Of a stretch of DNA of 64,000 bases, positions 47,119-59,192 are shown piece after piece; position 1 is the stretch's first letter; every line of letters begins with the position of its first letter. Both the position numbers and the translations under genes were made by a program. The notes under the pieces are model-generated. The model worked only from the letters and a program-made list of their open reading frames with translations, had not been told where the DNA came from and did not search any database. Source of the stretch: Clostridium sp. CAG:440 (lineage in GTDB: Bacteria > Bacillota > Clostridia > TANB77 > CAG-508); contig FR898621.1 in the NCBI GenBank assembly GCA_000437215.1, positions 440-64,439 of the forward strand, in the 5' to 3' direction.

Positions 47119-47823
47119 ATGAACAAAAACATTATACGGATCGTCCAGACAGTAAAAGGTATACTGATGCTTATAGGAGCAGCAGCACTTATCTTGAGTA
47201 TGGTTTACACCATACGTGGACTTTTTAAGTCCCAAGACACATTAAATGCTGCAGCGAAATCCCAAAGCTCGGCAGCAGACTCAGAACCAAAATCATCTGG
47301 TTTTTTGACAAAATCTGATAGTAGTTCGTCAAGTAGTACATCTTCCATTTATCCAATTTCTTATGAAACACCAAATGGAGTTCTTCTTATTAGTGAAGAA
47401 GATATTGTTGATGCAGCTTTAGTGGCTGAACATGAAATGGCTGCTAACAGAGATGAGTATTCTCAAGGATATGTAGACACTATTCAGCGGTATGTTGCAA
47501 GCACAATATTTAACCGTGCAGCATACTTACAAATCTCTGTAAAAGAGGCAATTACTCAAGAGGGGCAGTATCTTGATCTTTATTCATTGGATTACTACCC
47601 TCCTGAAAGGACACTAAACAATGTTCTTTCAGTAGCAAAAGGAGAATTTAATTCCAATGGTGCTGTAATCGAAATGAGCTTTATATCCACAAATGATATA
47701 TCTGAAGCTCAGGAAATTATGGAAGAACAGATTGGTTCTCCTGTAATTCCGGTAAAAGCAATTGAAATGGCAGATGGCAGACTATGGATGACAGCTGCAA
47801 TAAACAATACTTTTATGGAATAA
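47119..47823 (+). CDS. Membrane-anchored protein with a SleB-like cell-wall hydrolase-type C-domain. It is GC-richer than its neighbours.
   Basis: N-terminal TM segment, a Ser-rich linker and the sequence ASTIFNRAAY...AITQEGQY. The promoter is TTTACA, a 17-nt spacer, then TGgTATAAT, at about 47046-47074. The terminator is at 47832-47858. Confidence 0.55.
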   Translation: MNKNIIRIVQTVKGILMLIGAAALILSMVYTIRGLFKSQDTLNAAAKSQSSAADSEPKSSGFLTKSDSSSSSSTSSIYPISYETPNGVLLISEEDIVDAALVAEHEMAANRDEYSQGYVDTIQRYVASTIFNRAAYLQISVKEAITQEGQYLDLYSLDYYPPERTLNNVLSVAKGEFNSNGAVIEMSFISTNDISEAQEIMEEQIGSPVIPVKAIEMADGRLWMTAAINNTFME

Positions 47824-47863
47824 TCCTTAACCCCCACCATGTTTTTGGTGGGGGTATTTCTTT

Positions 47864-48895
47864 TTATTTTTCTTCTTTTAAATTTTTTCTTCTTAATTGT
47901 CCACATGCAGCATCTATATCTGAACCAAGTTCCCTTCTAATTGTTGCAACAATTCCATGATCATTTAAATAATCTCTAAATTTAATAATATTTTCATTTG
48001 AACTTTTTGTATATTCTCCATTTTCTATTTTATTTATTGGAATTAAATTTACATGACATAACATACCTTTTAATAATTTTACAAGTCTTTTTGCATCTTC
48101 CAAATTATCATTATTATCTTTTGCTAAAGCATATTCAAAAGATATTCTTCTATTTGTTACCTTTATATAATCTTTACATGCTTGTATTAATTCTTCAATA
48201 TTGTAAGCATTATTTACAGGCATCATACTACTACGTTTTTCATTTGTTGTTGCATGAAGTGATATTGATAATGTACATTGTGTATTTTGCTCTGCTAGTT
48301 TGTATATCATTGGAACTAAACCACTTGTAGAAATACTTATATGTCTTGCGCCAATATTTAATCCCTTTGGATTATTTATAATTTTTACAGCATTTATTAC
48401 ATTATCAAAATTATCTAGTGGTTCTCCTATTCCCATAAATACAATATTAGAAATTCTTATGTTTTCATCTTGTTCTACTGCTAAAATTTGTTCCACTATT
48501 TCTCCACTAGTTAAACTTCTTACAAATTTAATTCCTGTTGAAGCACAAAATTTGCAGCCCATTTTGCACCCTATTTGTGAAGATACACAAATGCTATAAC
48601 CATGATGATAACTCATTAAAACTGTTTCTATTGCATTACCATCTAATACATCAAATAAATATTTTTTTGTTCCATCTGATGATTCTTGTTTTTTTAATAT
48701 TTTAAAATTACATATAGTATAATTTTCTTTTAGTTTTTCTCTTAATTCCAAAGACAAATTTGTCATATCATCAAAACTTTTTACTTTATCTTGATACAAC
48801 CATTTAAAAATTTGCTCTGCTCTAAAAGTTTTTTCTCCTATGCTTTTTAGCTCTTCTTTTAATTCTTCTAAATTATAATCTTTTATATTTTTCAT
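47864..48895 (-). CDS. rlmN: 23S rRNA/tRNA adenine-C2 methyltransferase RlmN
   Basis: The radical-SAM motif CKMGCKFC and the motif GMGEP/GIGEPLDN are present. Confidence 0.95.
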   Translation of the reverse strand: MKNIKDYNLEELKEELKSIGEKTFRAEQIFKWLYQDKVKSFDDMTNLSLELREKLKENYTICNFKILKKQESSDGTKKYLFDVLDGNAIETVLMSYHHGYSICVSSQIGCKMGCKFCASTGIKFVRSLTSGEIVEQILAVEQDENIRISNIVFMGIGEPLDNFDNVINAVKIINNPKGLNIGARHISISTSGLVPMIYKLAEQNTQCTLSISLHATTNEKRSSMMPVNNAYNIEELIQACKDYIKVTNRRISFEYALAKDNNDNLEDAKRLVKLLKGMLCHVNLIPINKIENGEYTKSSNENIIKFRDYLNDHGIVATIRRELGSDIDAACGQLRRKNLKEEK

Positions 48896-48910
48896 TTTTC
48901 CATTCCTTTT

Positions 48911-49474
48911 CTATATATGAAATTTTCTTACAATTACTTCTTTTATATCTTTTGCACTTAGACTTAAACTTAATATTAAATTCACTCCAGATATTGTGGT
49001 TGCAATAATACTTAATGTTTTATCTTGTACCAGATTTTCATATACCAAAAATATTGGTATTGTACTTACTATAACAATTAACAACTGATACACCGCATAT
49101 TTTATATATTTTTTGTGGCTTATTACTGTTAATATTAACATTGTTATATTTGCAATTATTATTATTATTGGAATTGATAAATTTACAGACCATGCTTTAA
49201 AACCTGTTTTATAATCTATATATACTGTTAAAAGCGATATTGCAATTGTTTGTATTAAAACATGTCCTGCAATATTTATGTTTTTATTTATCGAATATAA
49301 AACAGTTACCCAAATATATATAATTCCAGCATTGCAAAGCCCTGCCCAATGAATATTTGGAGTTGTCATTCTATTTAAAAATACTAAAAATATTCCTAAA
49401 AAAACTGATATTATTATTGATATTTTTATAATCAAGTCCATATTTTTTGCATTAATTTTTTGTGGATATAGCAT
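48911..49474 (-). CDS. Multi-pass membrane protein, hypothetical
   Basis: 187 aa with 5-6 hydrophobic segments. It overlaps the end of the upstream acyltransferase-like gene. Confidence 0.55.
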   Translation of the reverse strand: MLYPQKINAKNMDLIIKISIIISVFLGIFLVFLNRMTTPNIHWAGLCNAGIIYIWVTVLYSINKNINIAGHVLIQTIAISLLTVYIDYKTGFKAWSVNLSIPIIIIIANITMLILTVISHKKYIKYAVYQLLIVIVSTIPIFLVYENLVQDKTLSIIATTISGVNLILSLSLSAKDIKEVIVRKFHI

Positions 49475-50741
49475 CTAAAACACCATTACTTTCTATTCTT
49501 ACTTTTATTCCATTTTGGGTTAAAAACTCAAAAAATCTTTTTTCTATACTATTGTCCTGTAAAATTGATGTAAATGTAAATACAATGTCATTTTCATATG
49601 TACATGCTGAACATTTTATTTTTTCTACAGGCTCTGGCGCAATTAACATGAAAAAGTCTTCTATATATTTTTGGTATTTACCTATTATACCAATTCTACC
49701 AATATTTGAAAATGTTATTGTTGTATATTTTCTAATTTCAATGTAACTAAGTCTTACCAATATTTTTTTTAGTGATAATGGTATAACCCTTACAAATGGA
49801 TTGTTTCCAAGTTTTACATTTGCTGACATTGTTTTTATTATTTCTTCTTGTGTTAATCTTTTTTTGAAATCTTCTTTTACAAATTTTAAAATTTTATCAA
49901 ATGTTGTTAAATTATCTTTTTGTATTTGTGCTTCTAATGTGATATATGAAAAAAAGTTTGATATTGTTTTTGATTGGAAATATTTTTTTAAGTTTACTGG
50001 TATACATAGTTTTATTGGTTTTTTTCCATTATTTTTTTTATAATTTTCTTCATATATTGAATAAATTAGTACTGCACTTAAATATTGTGTTACTGTACAA
50101 TTGTTTTTTTTGCATTTTTCCTTTAAATCATTTGAATCTATTATTTCGTGTATTGCTGAAACTGCTCCTAATTTTATTTTTTCTCCTTTTAATATATATG
50201 CTTTTTTTGATGATGCATTTGTTTTTGCTTTTTTATCATAATTTTTTATGTAGCTATCTTCTGAATCATATTCTATTTTTCTACTTGTTCTTATTTCTTC
50301 TTCAAACTCTTTTGGATGTGTTAATTCTAAATATGTATAAATTATTTCTTTAAAAAATTGTGTTCCACTATTTCCATCTGTTAAAGAATGAAATATGTCT
50401 ATATTTATTTTATTTTGGAAATATGTTACTTTAAATAAATAATTGTTGTTTGTTTTAGGATTTATATATTTACATGGGTATTCACGTTCTTTTTCTACTA
50501 TTGGATCTTTTAAATTTTCTTCAAAATAGTTCCAAAAAAATCCATCTTTCATTCTTACTTTAAATGATTGGTATTTTTCTAGTGCCATTAATACTGCTTT
50601 TTGTAATATTTTTGGATGCACCTTTTCTTTTAAAATAGCAGATAACCTAAATACTGTACTATATTTTTTTCCTGCTGATATTGGAAATATTTTGGCAGAA
50701 TTGTCAAGCTTTCTCCAATATAGTCTATTTTCTTTTTTCAT
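49452..50741 (-). CDS. Condensation/acyltransferase-like protein (HxxxD motif)
   Basis: The sequence DIFHSLTDGNSG matches the HxxxDG catalytic motif of CAT/condensation-type acyltransferases. Confidence 0.55.
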   Translation of the reverse strand: MKKENRLYWRKLDNSAKIFPISAGKKYSTVFRLSAILKEKVHPKILQKAVLMALEKYQSFKVRMKDGFFWNYFEENLKDPIVEKEREYPCKYINPKTNNNYLFKVTYFQNKINIDIFHSLTDGNSGTQFFKEIIYTYLELTHPKEFEEEIRTSRKIEYDSEDSYIKNYDKKAKTNASSKKAYILKGEKIKLGAVSAIHEIIDSNDLKEKCKKNNCTVTQYLSAVLIYSIYEENYKKNNGKKPIKLCIPVNLKKYFQSKTISNFFSYITLEAQIQKDNLTTFDKILKFVKEDFKKRLTQEEIIKTMSANVKLGNNPFVRVIPLSLKKILVRLSYIEIRKYTTITFSNIGRIGIIGKYQKYIEDFFMLIAPEPVEKIKCSACTYENDIVFTFTSILQDNSIEKRFFEFLTQNGIKVRIESNGVLDAISTKN

Positions 50742-50775
50742 TTTACTTACCTTTCTTTTAGTACAAAGTTATTTT

Positions 50776-51654
50776 TTATTGTATGTCACATACAAGATCT
50801 TGATATGCTTTTAATTGCAATTCGTCTTGTTTGTTTATATTATTTATAATCCATATATGTGGTGCTTGTTCATATTCTTTTATTTGTATGTCTATTCCTT
50901 CTTTTTTCGCTTTTTCTTGCAATAAATGTGTATCTGGATTTAATATATCATATGTTCCTGTATATATTATTACATTTTTTAGCTTAGATAATGGCCCATT
51001 TATTGGGTTTACTAAATAGCTTTTCATTCCTTCTTCATCTCTTGCATATGAAATCCCTGCTATTAATAGTTTTTCTTTGTTTAAATCTTTATCATTTTTT
51101 TGCACTTCTTTTATTTTTTCATTTGTAAGTGTTACATTTAGCCATGGTGATATTAGAATTGTTTTTGATGGTAATTGTATATTATTTTGACTTATTTTTT
51201 CTGCAAGTGCAAGTGTTATTCCACCTCCTGCTGAATCCCCCATCATTACTAAATTTTTCGCATCAACTTTTGATATTATTTCTTTATATAATGGTTCTAC
51301 CATATTAAACACATCTTTATATGTATATTTAGGAGTTAATGGATAGTCTGGCATTACTATTGTTGATTTTGTATCATTGGCAAGCTTTTCTAAAAAATCC
51401 CAGTGTAAGGTTGTTGCTTCTGCCACATATGCTCCTCCGTGAAAATATAATATTACTTTTTTACTTAGTTGTTCTGTTTTAGGTTTTATTATAAATATTT
51501 TTCTAGACATAAATTCTTTTGTCTCAATATCACAACTTTCATTTGCTTTTTGTGGTATTTTTGTTTCTATGTCCATTATCATATAATAGCCAAATATCAT
51601 TACTATTATTGTAATTATTATTGCTATTAAGTTTATTATTATTCTTTTTATCAT
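50776..51654 (-). CDS. Alpha/beta hydrolase (esterase/lipase, HGG family) with an N-terminal TM anchor
   Basis: The HGGAY oxyanion motif and the GDSAGG nucleophile elbow are present. Confidence 0.85.
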   Translation of the reverse strand: MIKRIIINLIAIIITIIVMIFGYYMIMDIETKIPQKANESCDIETKEFMSRKIFIIKPKTEQLSKKVILYFHGGAYVAEATTLHWDFLEKLANDTKSTIVMPDYPLTPKYTYKDVFNMVEPLYKEIISKVDAKNLVMMGDSAGGGITLALAEKISQNNIQLPSKTILISPWLNVTLTNEKIKEVQKNDKDLNKEKLLIAGISYARDEEGMKSYLVNPINGPLSKLKNVIIYTGTYDILNPDTHLLQEKAKKEGIDIQIKEYEQAPHIWIINNINKQDELQLKAYQDLVCDIQ

Positions 51655-51720
51655 TTTCTTCTTTCCTTTTATTTTATAGCATTATTTTACCATGATTTAA
51701 CTAAAAAGAAAATAGATTAT

Positions 51721-51893
51721 AAAAAAAAAGAAGCTAGAAAATTAACAGCTTTAGTTTAATTATATATTCTTCCCAGGGCTCCCCATTATAAGAAAATGTA
51801 ATTCGTACCTCATACATTTTCTAAAACGGTCCCCACTTGCCCTTCACAGAATATATAATTAAACTAGAGATTTGTAAATTTTTTCTAGTCTTC
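51721..51893 (-). other. Giant imperfect hairpin (about 170 nt) with a U-tract, immediately after the splB stop. Its core is homologous to the ncRNA candidate at 41.6-41.8 kb.
   Basis: A roughly 45-bp imperfect inverted repeat includes the perfect 13-bp pair at 51758-51770 / 51848-51860. The 77-nt core carries GGGACCG and AGCCCTGG motifs. A T9 tract lies on the minus strand at 51721-51729. Confidence 0.4.
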
Positions 51894-51897
51894 AGTT

Positions 51898-52923
51898 TTA
51901 TACTACATACATTATTTCATTGTTTGGAAAATATTTTTTCATTTGCTCTCTTAAATAACTTTCCCCATCTTTTCTTAAATCTGCTTTATACATATATTTT
52001 CCTTTTCCTCTTCCTGTCATTATTTCTTTATTGTATAGATTAATAGCATTTGGAAATGCTTCTTCATTTATTTTTGTATGAACAAAACTATATGTCATAA
52101 ATATTATTTCAAAAAAAACATCTTTTTTTACTTTGGGGCTTAACTTGCTTTCTAATTCTTGTATTAATTTTAAATATAATTCTTTCCAATTTTCTACCAT
52201 TATTACTGGTGCTATCAATATTCCTATTTCATAACCAGCTTCTTTTAGCTTGTTTATTGCTTCTATTCTTCCCTTTAACCTAGATGTTCCAAATTCTACT
52301 TTATTTATTATTTCTTCTGGGTTTACACTCATTCTTATTGTAACTTTTCCATTATGATCTACATTTAATATATCATCTACCATATCAAATTTTGTTGGAA
52401 ATGTTAGTCTTCCATTTGGAGTATTTTTAAAATTTTCTATTGTCCATGGCAAATTATTTGTTATTGTATTTTCTAATATTAAGTCACTATTGCTACCTAT
52501 TTCAAATGTTAGTGCTTTATCTGATTTTTGAGCTGTTTTTATTATTTTATCTAACATTTTTTCTCTATTTACAAATAGTCGTAAATATGCACATTTATTG
52601 TAATTACATACTAAATAACAATACATACAAGCTGCTGTACATCCAGAAGATGTATATGGCACCAAATAGTCTGATGTTTTATGGTTTGGCACAAAGTTAT
52701 GTGTCTTTCTTACACCTATTATTAAATTTCTTTTCATATCCATAAAGTCTTTATTTTGCCTTTTTCTCATTTCTTCTATATTGTTATGATTTTCTATAAT
52801 TACTTTGGGTGTATCTTCATATTTTTTTAATAAATATTTTCCTAGCTCATAATTTTCTATTTCTTTTTCATAAAAAATACCTTTCGGTTTAAACATTTTT
52901 ATCACCATAAATATTTTAACCAA
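51898..52923 (-). CDS. splB: Spore photoproduct lyase (the start may be at 52896, MFKPK)
   Basis: The radical-SAM cluster CxxxCxYC (CTAACMYCY) is present with SplB-like sequence throughout. Confidence 0.88.
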   Translation of the reverse strand: MVKIFMVIKMFKPKGIFYEKEIENYELGKYLLKKYEDTPKVIIENHNNIEEMRKRQNKDFMDMKRNLIIGVRKTHNFVPNHKTSDYLVPYTSSGCTAACMYCYLVCNYNKCAYLRLFVNREKMLDKIIKTAQKSDKALTFEIGSNSDLILENTITNNLPWTIENFKNTPNGRLTFPTKFDMVDDILNVDHNGKVTIRMSVNPEEIINKVEFGTSRLKGRIEAINKLKEAGYEIGILIAPVIMVENWKELYLKLIQELESKLSPKVKKDVFFEIIFMTYSFVHTKINEEAFPNAINLYNKEIMTGRGKGKYMYKADLRKDGESYLREQMKKYFPNNEIMYVV

Positions 52924-52938
52924 AAAGTATTTTTTTAT

Positions 52939-54099
52939 TTATCCAAATATTCCTTTTTTCTTTACAGGTGGTTGTTCATTCATTGTTTTTGCAAGCTCAA
53001 CTAATAATTCTCTTTGTTCTTTCGTTAGTCTTTTTGGTGTTTGAACATTTACTGTAAATATAAAATCTCCTTGTGAAGATCCATTTATTGTTTTAAATCC
53101 TTTATTTCTTATGCTAAATTTTGTTCCTGTTTGTGTGCCTTCTGGTATTTTATATTTTTCTTTACTTCCATCACACATTGGAATTTCTAATTCTGCTCCT
53201 AATGTAGCTTGAGTAATTGTAACTGGAATATCACATAATACATTATTTCCTTTTCTAGAATAAATACTATGTTTTTTTACTCCAACTGTAATATATAAGT
53301 CTCCTTTTGGTCCACCTTTTTGTCCTGGTTCGCCTTCTCCTCTTAGCACAACTGTTTGACCATTATCAATACCTGCTGGAATTTTTACTTTTATTTTAGG
53401 TTGTTTTCTAACTGTTCCTTTTCCACGGCAGTTATCACATGGTTCTTTTATTACTTCACCTGTTCCATGACATGTAGAACATGTTCTTGTTGTTTGCATT
53501 TGACCTAATATTGTTTTTTGGACTTGTCTTATTTGACCAGTACCATTACATTCTGGACATTTCATTGGATTTGTTCCAGGTTTTGCACCTGTTCCATGAC
53601 ATATAGTACATTCTTCATTTCTATTTATTATTACTTGTTTTTCTACCCCTAAAAATGATTCTTCAAATGTAATATCCATATGTAAATTTAAGTCTGCACC
53701 TTTTTTTGGTCCATTAGTTGGTCTTCTTGTTTTTCCTCCAAATCCACCACCAAAAAATGATGAAAATATATCTCCTAAGTCGCCAAAATCAGAAAAGCCA
53801 TCAAAACCAGAACCTGTATAAGAATAATATCCTCCCTGCCCAAATGGTCCTTGGCCTCCTCCAAACCCTTGTGGTCCATCAGGTCCAAATTGATCATACA
53901 TTTTTCTTTTTTGTGAGTCTGATAATGTCTCATATGCCTCGTTTACTTCTTTAAATTTGGCTTCTGCTTCTTCCTTATTGTCTGGATTAGCATCAGGATG
54001 ATATTTTTTTGCAAGTTTACGATATGCCTTTTTTAATTCTTCATCTGTTGCATTTTTATCAACACCCAATACCTCATAATAATCTCTTTTTCCTGCCAT
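52939..54099 (-). CDS. dnaJ: Chaperone DnaJ
   Basis: J domain with HPD, a G/F region and four CxxCxGxG zinc motifs. Confidence 0.97.
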   Translation of the reverse strand: MAGKRDYYEVLGVDKNATDEELKKAYRKLAKKYHPDANPDNKEEAEAKFKEVNEAYETLSDSQKRKMYDQFGPDGPQGFGGGQGPFGQGGYYSYTGSGFDGFSDFGDLGDIFSSFFGGGFGGKTRRPTNGPKKGADLNLHMDITFEESFLGVEKQVIINRNEECTICHGTGAKPGTNPMKCPECNGTGQIRQVQKTILGQMQTTRTCSTCHGTGEVIKEPCDNCRGKGTVRKQPKIKVKIPAGIDNGQTVVLRGEGEPGQKGGPKGDLYITVGVKKHSIYSRKGNNVLCDIPVTITQATLGAELEIPMCDGSKEKYKIPEGTQTGTKFSIRNKGFKTINGSSQGDFIFTVNVQTPKRLTKEQRELLVELAKTMNEQPPVKKKGIFG

Positions 54100-54241
54100 C
54101 TTTTCCTTTCACTCCAATTCACTTGGTCTATCTCCATCCAAAAAAAATTAACATATTTTTTTTGGATGGTAACCATATTCTTTTTTAATTAAAGTAAAAA
54201 CTTCGTAGCTTAACAAAGTAAGACGAAGTTTTTATTAAATT

Positions 54242-56119
<1,878 letters not shown>

Positions 56120-56150
56120 TTAATTTATATTTTAAAATTTAATAACTTTT

Positions 56151-56669
56151 TTAATTTGCAACTACAACCATAGAATGTCTTATAACTTTACTTCCTATTT
56201 TGTAGCCTTTTCTATATTCTTGTGCTATTTCTTTTTCGCCTAAATTTTCATCTTGGATGCTACTAACTGCTTCGTGTAATTCTGGATCAAATGTTTCTCC
56301 TACTGTTTTTATTTCTTCTACTCCTTTTGATTTTAATACATCTTTAAATTGTTTTAACACAAGTTCTATTCCCTTTTTATAATCTTCATCTTTAGTTTCT
56401 ACTTTTGCTGCATTTTCTAAATTGTCTAATACTGGTAACATTGTTTCTACAACGTCTGCAAGTATTGAGTTATATAAGCTTTCTCTTTCTTTTTGACTTC
56501 TTTTTTTGTAGTTTTCAAATTCTGCAAGTACTCTTTTATATCTGTCTGTTAATTCTTCAAGTTCTTTTTCTTTAGCTGGTTTTGTTTCTCGTTTTGTTTC
56601 CTGCTTTTTTTCTAATTTTTCTTCTTGTTTTATATTTTCATTTTTTTCTTCCTTTTTCTTTTCTGACAT
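56151..56669 (-). CDS. grpE: Nucleotide exchange factor GrpE
   Basis: The sequence RVLAEFENYKKR is present and the C-terminal beta domain ends VVVAN. Confidence 0.95.
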   Translation of the reverse strand: MSEKKKEEKNENIKQEEKLEKKQETKRETKPAKEKELEELTDRYKRVLAEFENYKKRSQKERESLYNSILADVVETMLPVLDNLENAAKVETKDEDYKKGIELVLKQFKDVLKSKGVEEIKTVGETFDPELHEAVSSIQDENLGEKEIAQEYRKGYKIGSKVIRHSMVVVAN

Positions 56670-56685
56670 AGTTTACCTCTTTTCT

Positions 56686-57702
56686 TTAATTATTTTGATT
56701 GTTTTCATCTAGTTTTTTACTTATATATTTCATTACTGAAATTACTTTAGAGTAGTCCATTCTTTTAGGTCCTATTATTCCTATTGTTCCTAAGTCTTTG
56801 TTTCCTACTTTGTGTTTAAATGTTACAATACTAAAATCCTTTAGCTCATCTTTTTCGTTTTCATTTCCTATATACACATTTATATCTTGTGCAAATCCCG
56901 AATTTAACATATCTTGCATCAACTCTTTTGTGTCTAATACATTTACAAAGTTTTTTGCGACCTCTAGGCTATTAAATTCAGGTAAGTCAAATGATTTATT
57001 TGTTCCTTCTAAATATATTTTACTGTCTTCTTCTATTACTTTTTTTATTTGCTCTATTATTGGTTTTATTACATTTACACTGTATGTCATTTCATCAAAT
57101 AAGTAATCTTCTAATGGTCCTTTTATTGTTTCTAATGGTTTTCCTTTTAGTTTTTGATTAAACATATAATTTACTGTTTCTACTTGTTTTTCAGTTATGT
57201 CCTCATCAAATTTTATTATTGTTTCTTTTACTAATCCTGATTCTGTTAGTATTACCGCCATTATCATTCTTTGTCCTAATGGAACAAATTTTATTTCTTC
57301 TATTATTTGTTCATCATTTTTTGGTCCTATTGATAGTGTTGTATAATGTGTTACTTCAGAAATTGTATTTGCTGCTATTTTTGTTAGTTCTTCTATTTCA
57401 TTTACTTTTGTTTCTAATTTTGAACTAATGTATTTTATTTCTTCTAAACTTATGTCGTCATCTTTCATTAATTCGTCTACATAGTACCTATAGCCTTTTT
57501 CTGATGGTATTCTTCCTGAAGATGTATGTGTTTTGTCTAAATAGCCTTTTTTTTCTAAGTCAGCCATTTCGTTTCTTATTGTTGCACTACTATAATTTAG
57601 TCCATAATTATTTGTTAATGCATTAGAGCTTACTGGTTCTGCTGTATTTATATACTCTTCTACAATTGCTTGTAATACTTTCTTTTTTCTATCATCTAGC
57701 AT
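56686..57702 (-). CDS. hrcA: Heat-inducible transcription repressor HrcA
   Basis: The sequence LDDRKKKVLQAIVEEYINTAEPVSS is present, and the gene is first in the dnaK operon. Confidence 0.95.
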   Translation of the reverse strand: MLDDRKKKVLQAIVEEYINTAEPVSSNALTNNYGLNYSSATIRNEMADLEKKGYLDKTHTSSGRIPSEKGYRYYVDELMKDDDISLEEIKYISSKLETKVNEIEELTKIAANTISEVTHYTTLSIGPKNDEQIIEEIKFVPLGQRMIMAVILTESGLVKETIIKFDEDITEKQVETVNYMFNQKLKGKPLETIKGPLEDYLFDEMTYSVNVIKPIIEQIKKVIEEDSKIYLEGTNKSFDLPEFNSLEVAKNFVNVLDTKELMQDMLNSGFAQDINVYIGNENEKDELKDFSIVTFKHKVGNKDLGTIGIIGPKRMDYSKVISVMKYISKKLDENNQNN

Positions 57703-57715
57703 TTTACCACCCCTT

Positions 57716-57742
57716 TTAGCACTCTTTTTGTTCGATTGCTAA
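57716..57742. promoter_or_regulatory. CIRCE operator (HrcA binding site)
   Basis: TTAGCACTC-N9-GATTGCTAA has one mismatch to the consensus TTAGCACTC-N9-GAGTGCTAA. Confidence 0.85.
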
Positions 57743-57765
57743 CTTAATATATATTATAACCATTT

Positions 57766-57792
57766 TTAGCACTTGTCAATACCTTTTGCTAA
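57766..57792. promoter_or_regulatory. Second, weaker CIRCE-like operator overlapping a TTGACA -35 box
   Basis: The sequence is TTAGCACTT-N9-TTTTGCTAA. The TTGACA (minus strand, 57774-57779) lies within it. Confidence 0.45.
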
Positions 57793-57867
57793 AAAAATTG
57801 TGAATTTTTTGTGAATTTTTTCTAAAATAAAAAAAACGTAAGATTTCTCTTACGCTATATTTTATTT

Positions 57868-58182
57868 TTATCCGTTATATGCTGTTGATAAATAAATTAT
57901 TACACATACAATATCTATAATTCCCAATGCCAATCCTGTAACTGCCATCCATTTTCCATTTTCTTTTTCTTCTTTATATGAATTTAATGCATAACCACCT
58001 GTTATCACTGCTGCTATTCCTAATGGTAATCCACATACTAATAATCCAACTAATGAACATATAAAACTTGCAAGTGCATATGAATTTACTTTTTTTTCTT
58101 GTACAGTTTCATTGTTTGTTACAACTTCTGCTTCTTTTACACTTTCTTCTTTGTTTTCAACTTTTTCCTTATTTTCTTCCAT
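57868..58182 (-). CDS. Small membrane protein (DUF4190-like)
   Basis: Acidic N-terminus followed by two TM segments. The terminator is at 57837-57854. Confidence 0.55.
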   Translation of the reverse strand: MEENKEKVENKEESVKEAEVVTNNETVQEKKVNSYALASFICSLVGLLVCGLPLGIAAVITGGYALNSYKEEKENGKWMAVTGLALGIIDIVCVIIYLSTAYNG

Positions 58183-58262
58183 AACAATCTCCTTTTATTT
58201 TTTATGTATTTATATTAACATTTATAATATTTTTTGTCAATTAAATCAAAGATGTAAATTTT

Positions 58263-59063
58263 TTACTTTTGGTGTATATCTATTTGTGTGTATGGTATTG
58301 TTATATTGTTTTCATCTAATGTTGTTTTTACAATTCTTAATGCATATCTTTTTAAAGGCAACTTTTGCTCTGGTTGGCACCAAATCATCACTCTATATAT
58401 AACTGCTGAATCCGCAAATTCATTTATTCCTAGATATTTTGCATCTCTTATTTCTTTATTTTCTTTTATTTGCAAAACAATTTTGTCTATTATAGTTTCT
58501 ATTTTGTCTGTTTTTTCCTCGTATGGAATTGGTATGTCGATAATTAATTGTTCTGATAATCTTAATGCTTTAACTATATTTCTATTTGCAATTACCAAAA
58601 CATTTTCTGTATTTACATCTTTTAATTTTGTAGATTTTACTCCAAGTTCTACTACTTTTCCTTCAACATCATCTATTTTTATAACATCCCCTACTGAAAA
58701 ATAACTATCTATTATAATATTAAATCCCATAATAATATCTTTTAATGCATCTTGAAGTGATAGTCCTACTATTGCTGACACAATTCCAACTCCCGCTATG
58801 ACTGAACTTACATTGAATCCTAATAATTGTAAAACAAATAATGTTGCAATTATTATAATAATATAATTAATTATATGATTTGTAAGTTTTATATATGTAA
58901 TTACTTTCCTATAACCTTTATCTCTTGTCTTTTCCACCTTTTTTATTGCTTTGTTAAAAATTCTACTTTTTACTTTTAATATTACTATTGATATTATTAT
59001 TGTTATTATTACCAACAATACATGCTTATTGGCTAGTATTTCATTTATTTTTTCTAGGTTCAT
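58263..59063 (-). CDS. Small-conductance mechanosensitive channel (MscS family)
   Basis: Three N-terminal TM segments are followed by the MscS beta-domain sequence GDVIKIDDVEGKVVELGVKSTKL. Confidence 0.85.
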   Translation of the reverse strand: MNLEKINEILANKHVLLVIITIIISIVILKVKSRIFNKAIKKVEKTRDKGYRKVITYIKLTNHIINYIIIIIATLFVLQLLGFNVSSVIAGVGIVSAIVGLSLQDALKDIIMGFNIIIDSYFSVGDVIKIDDVEGKVVELGVKSTKLKDVNTENVLVIANRNIVKALRLSEQLIIDIPIPYEEKTDKIETIIDKIVLQIKENKEIRDAKYLGINEFADSAVIYRVMIWCQPEQKLPLKRYALRIVKTTLDENNITIPYTQIDIHQK

Positions 59064-59192
59064 ATTTATCTCTCCTTGAAAAATATTATATATTAATTTT
59101 TTATTTTTTACAATATTAAATATGATTACTTGCTAAAGTAAAATTAAAATGATAAAATTTTTTTATATTCTTATTAAAGAGGAAGTGAAATA

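Noticed and set aside
47026-47235. A 69-aa minus-strand track ORF overlapping the promoter and start of the 47119 gene
   Set aside because: It spans an intergenic promoter region and the opposite-strand start codon. It has no Shine-Dalgarno site and a low-complexity composition.
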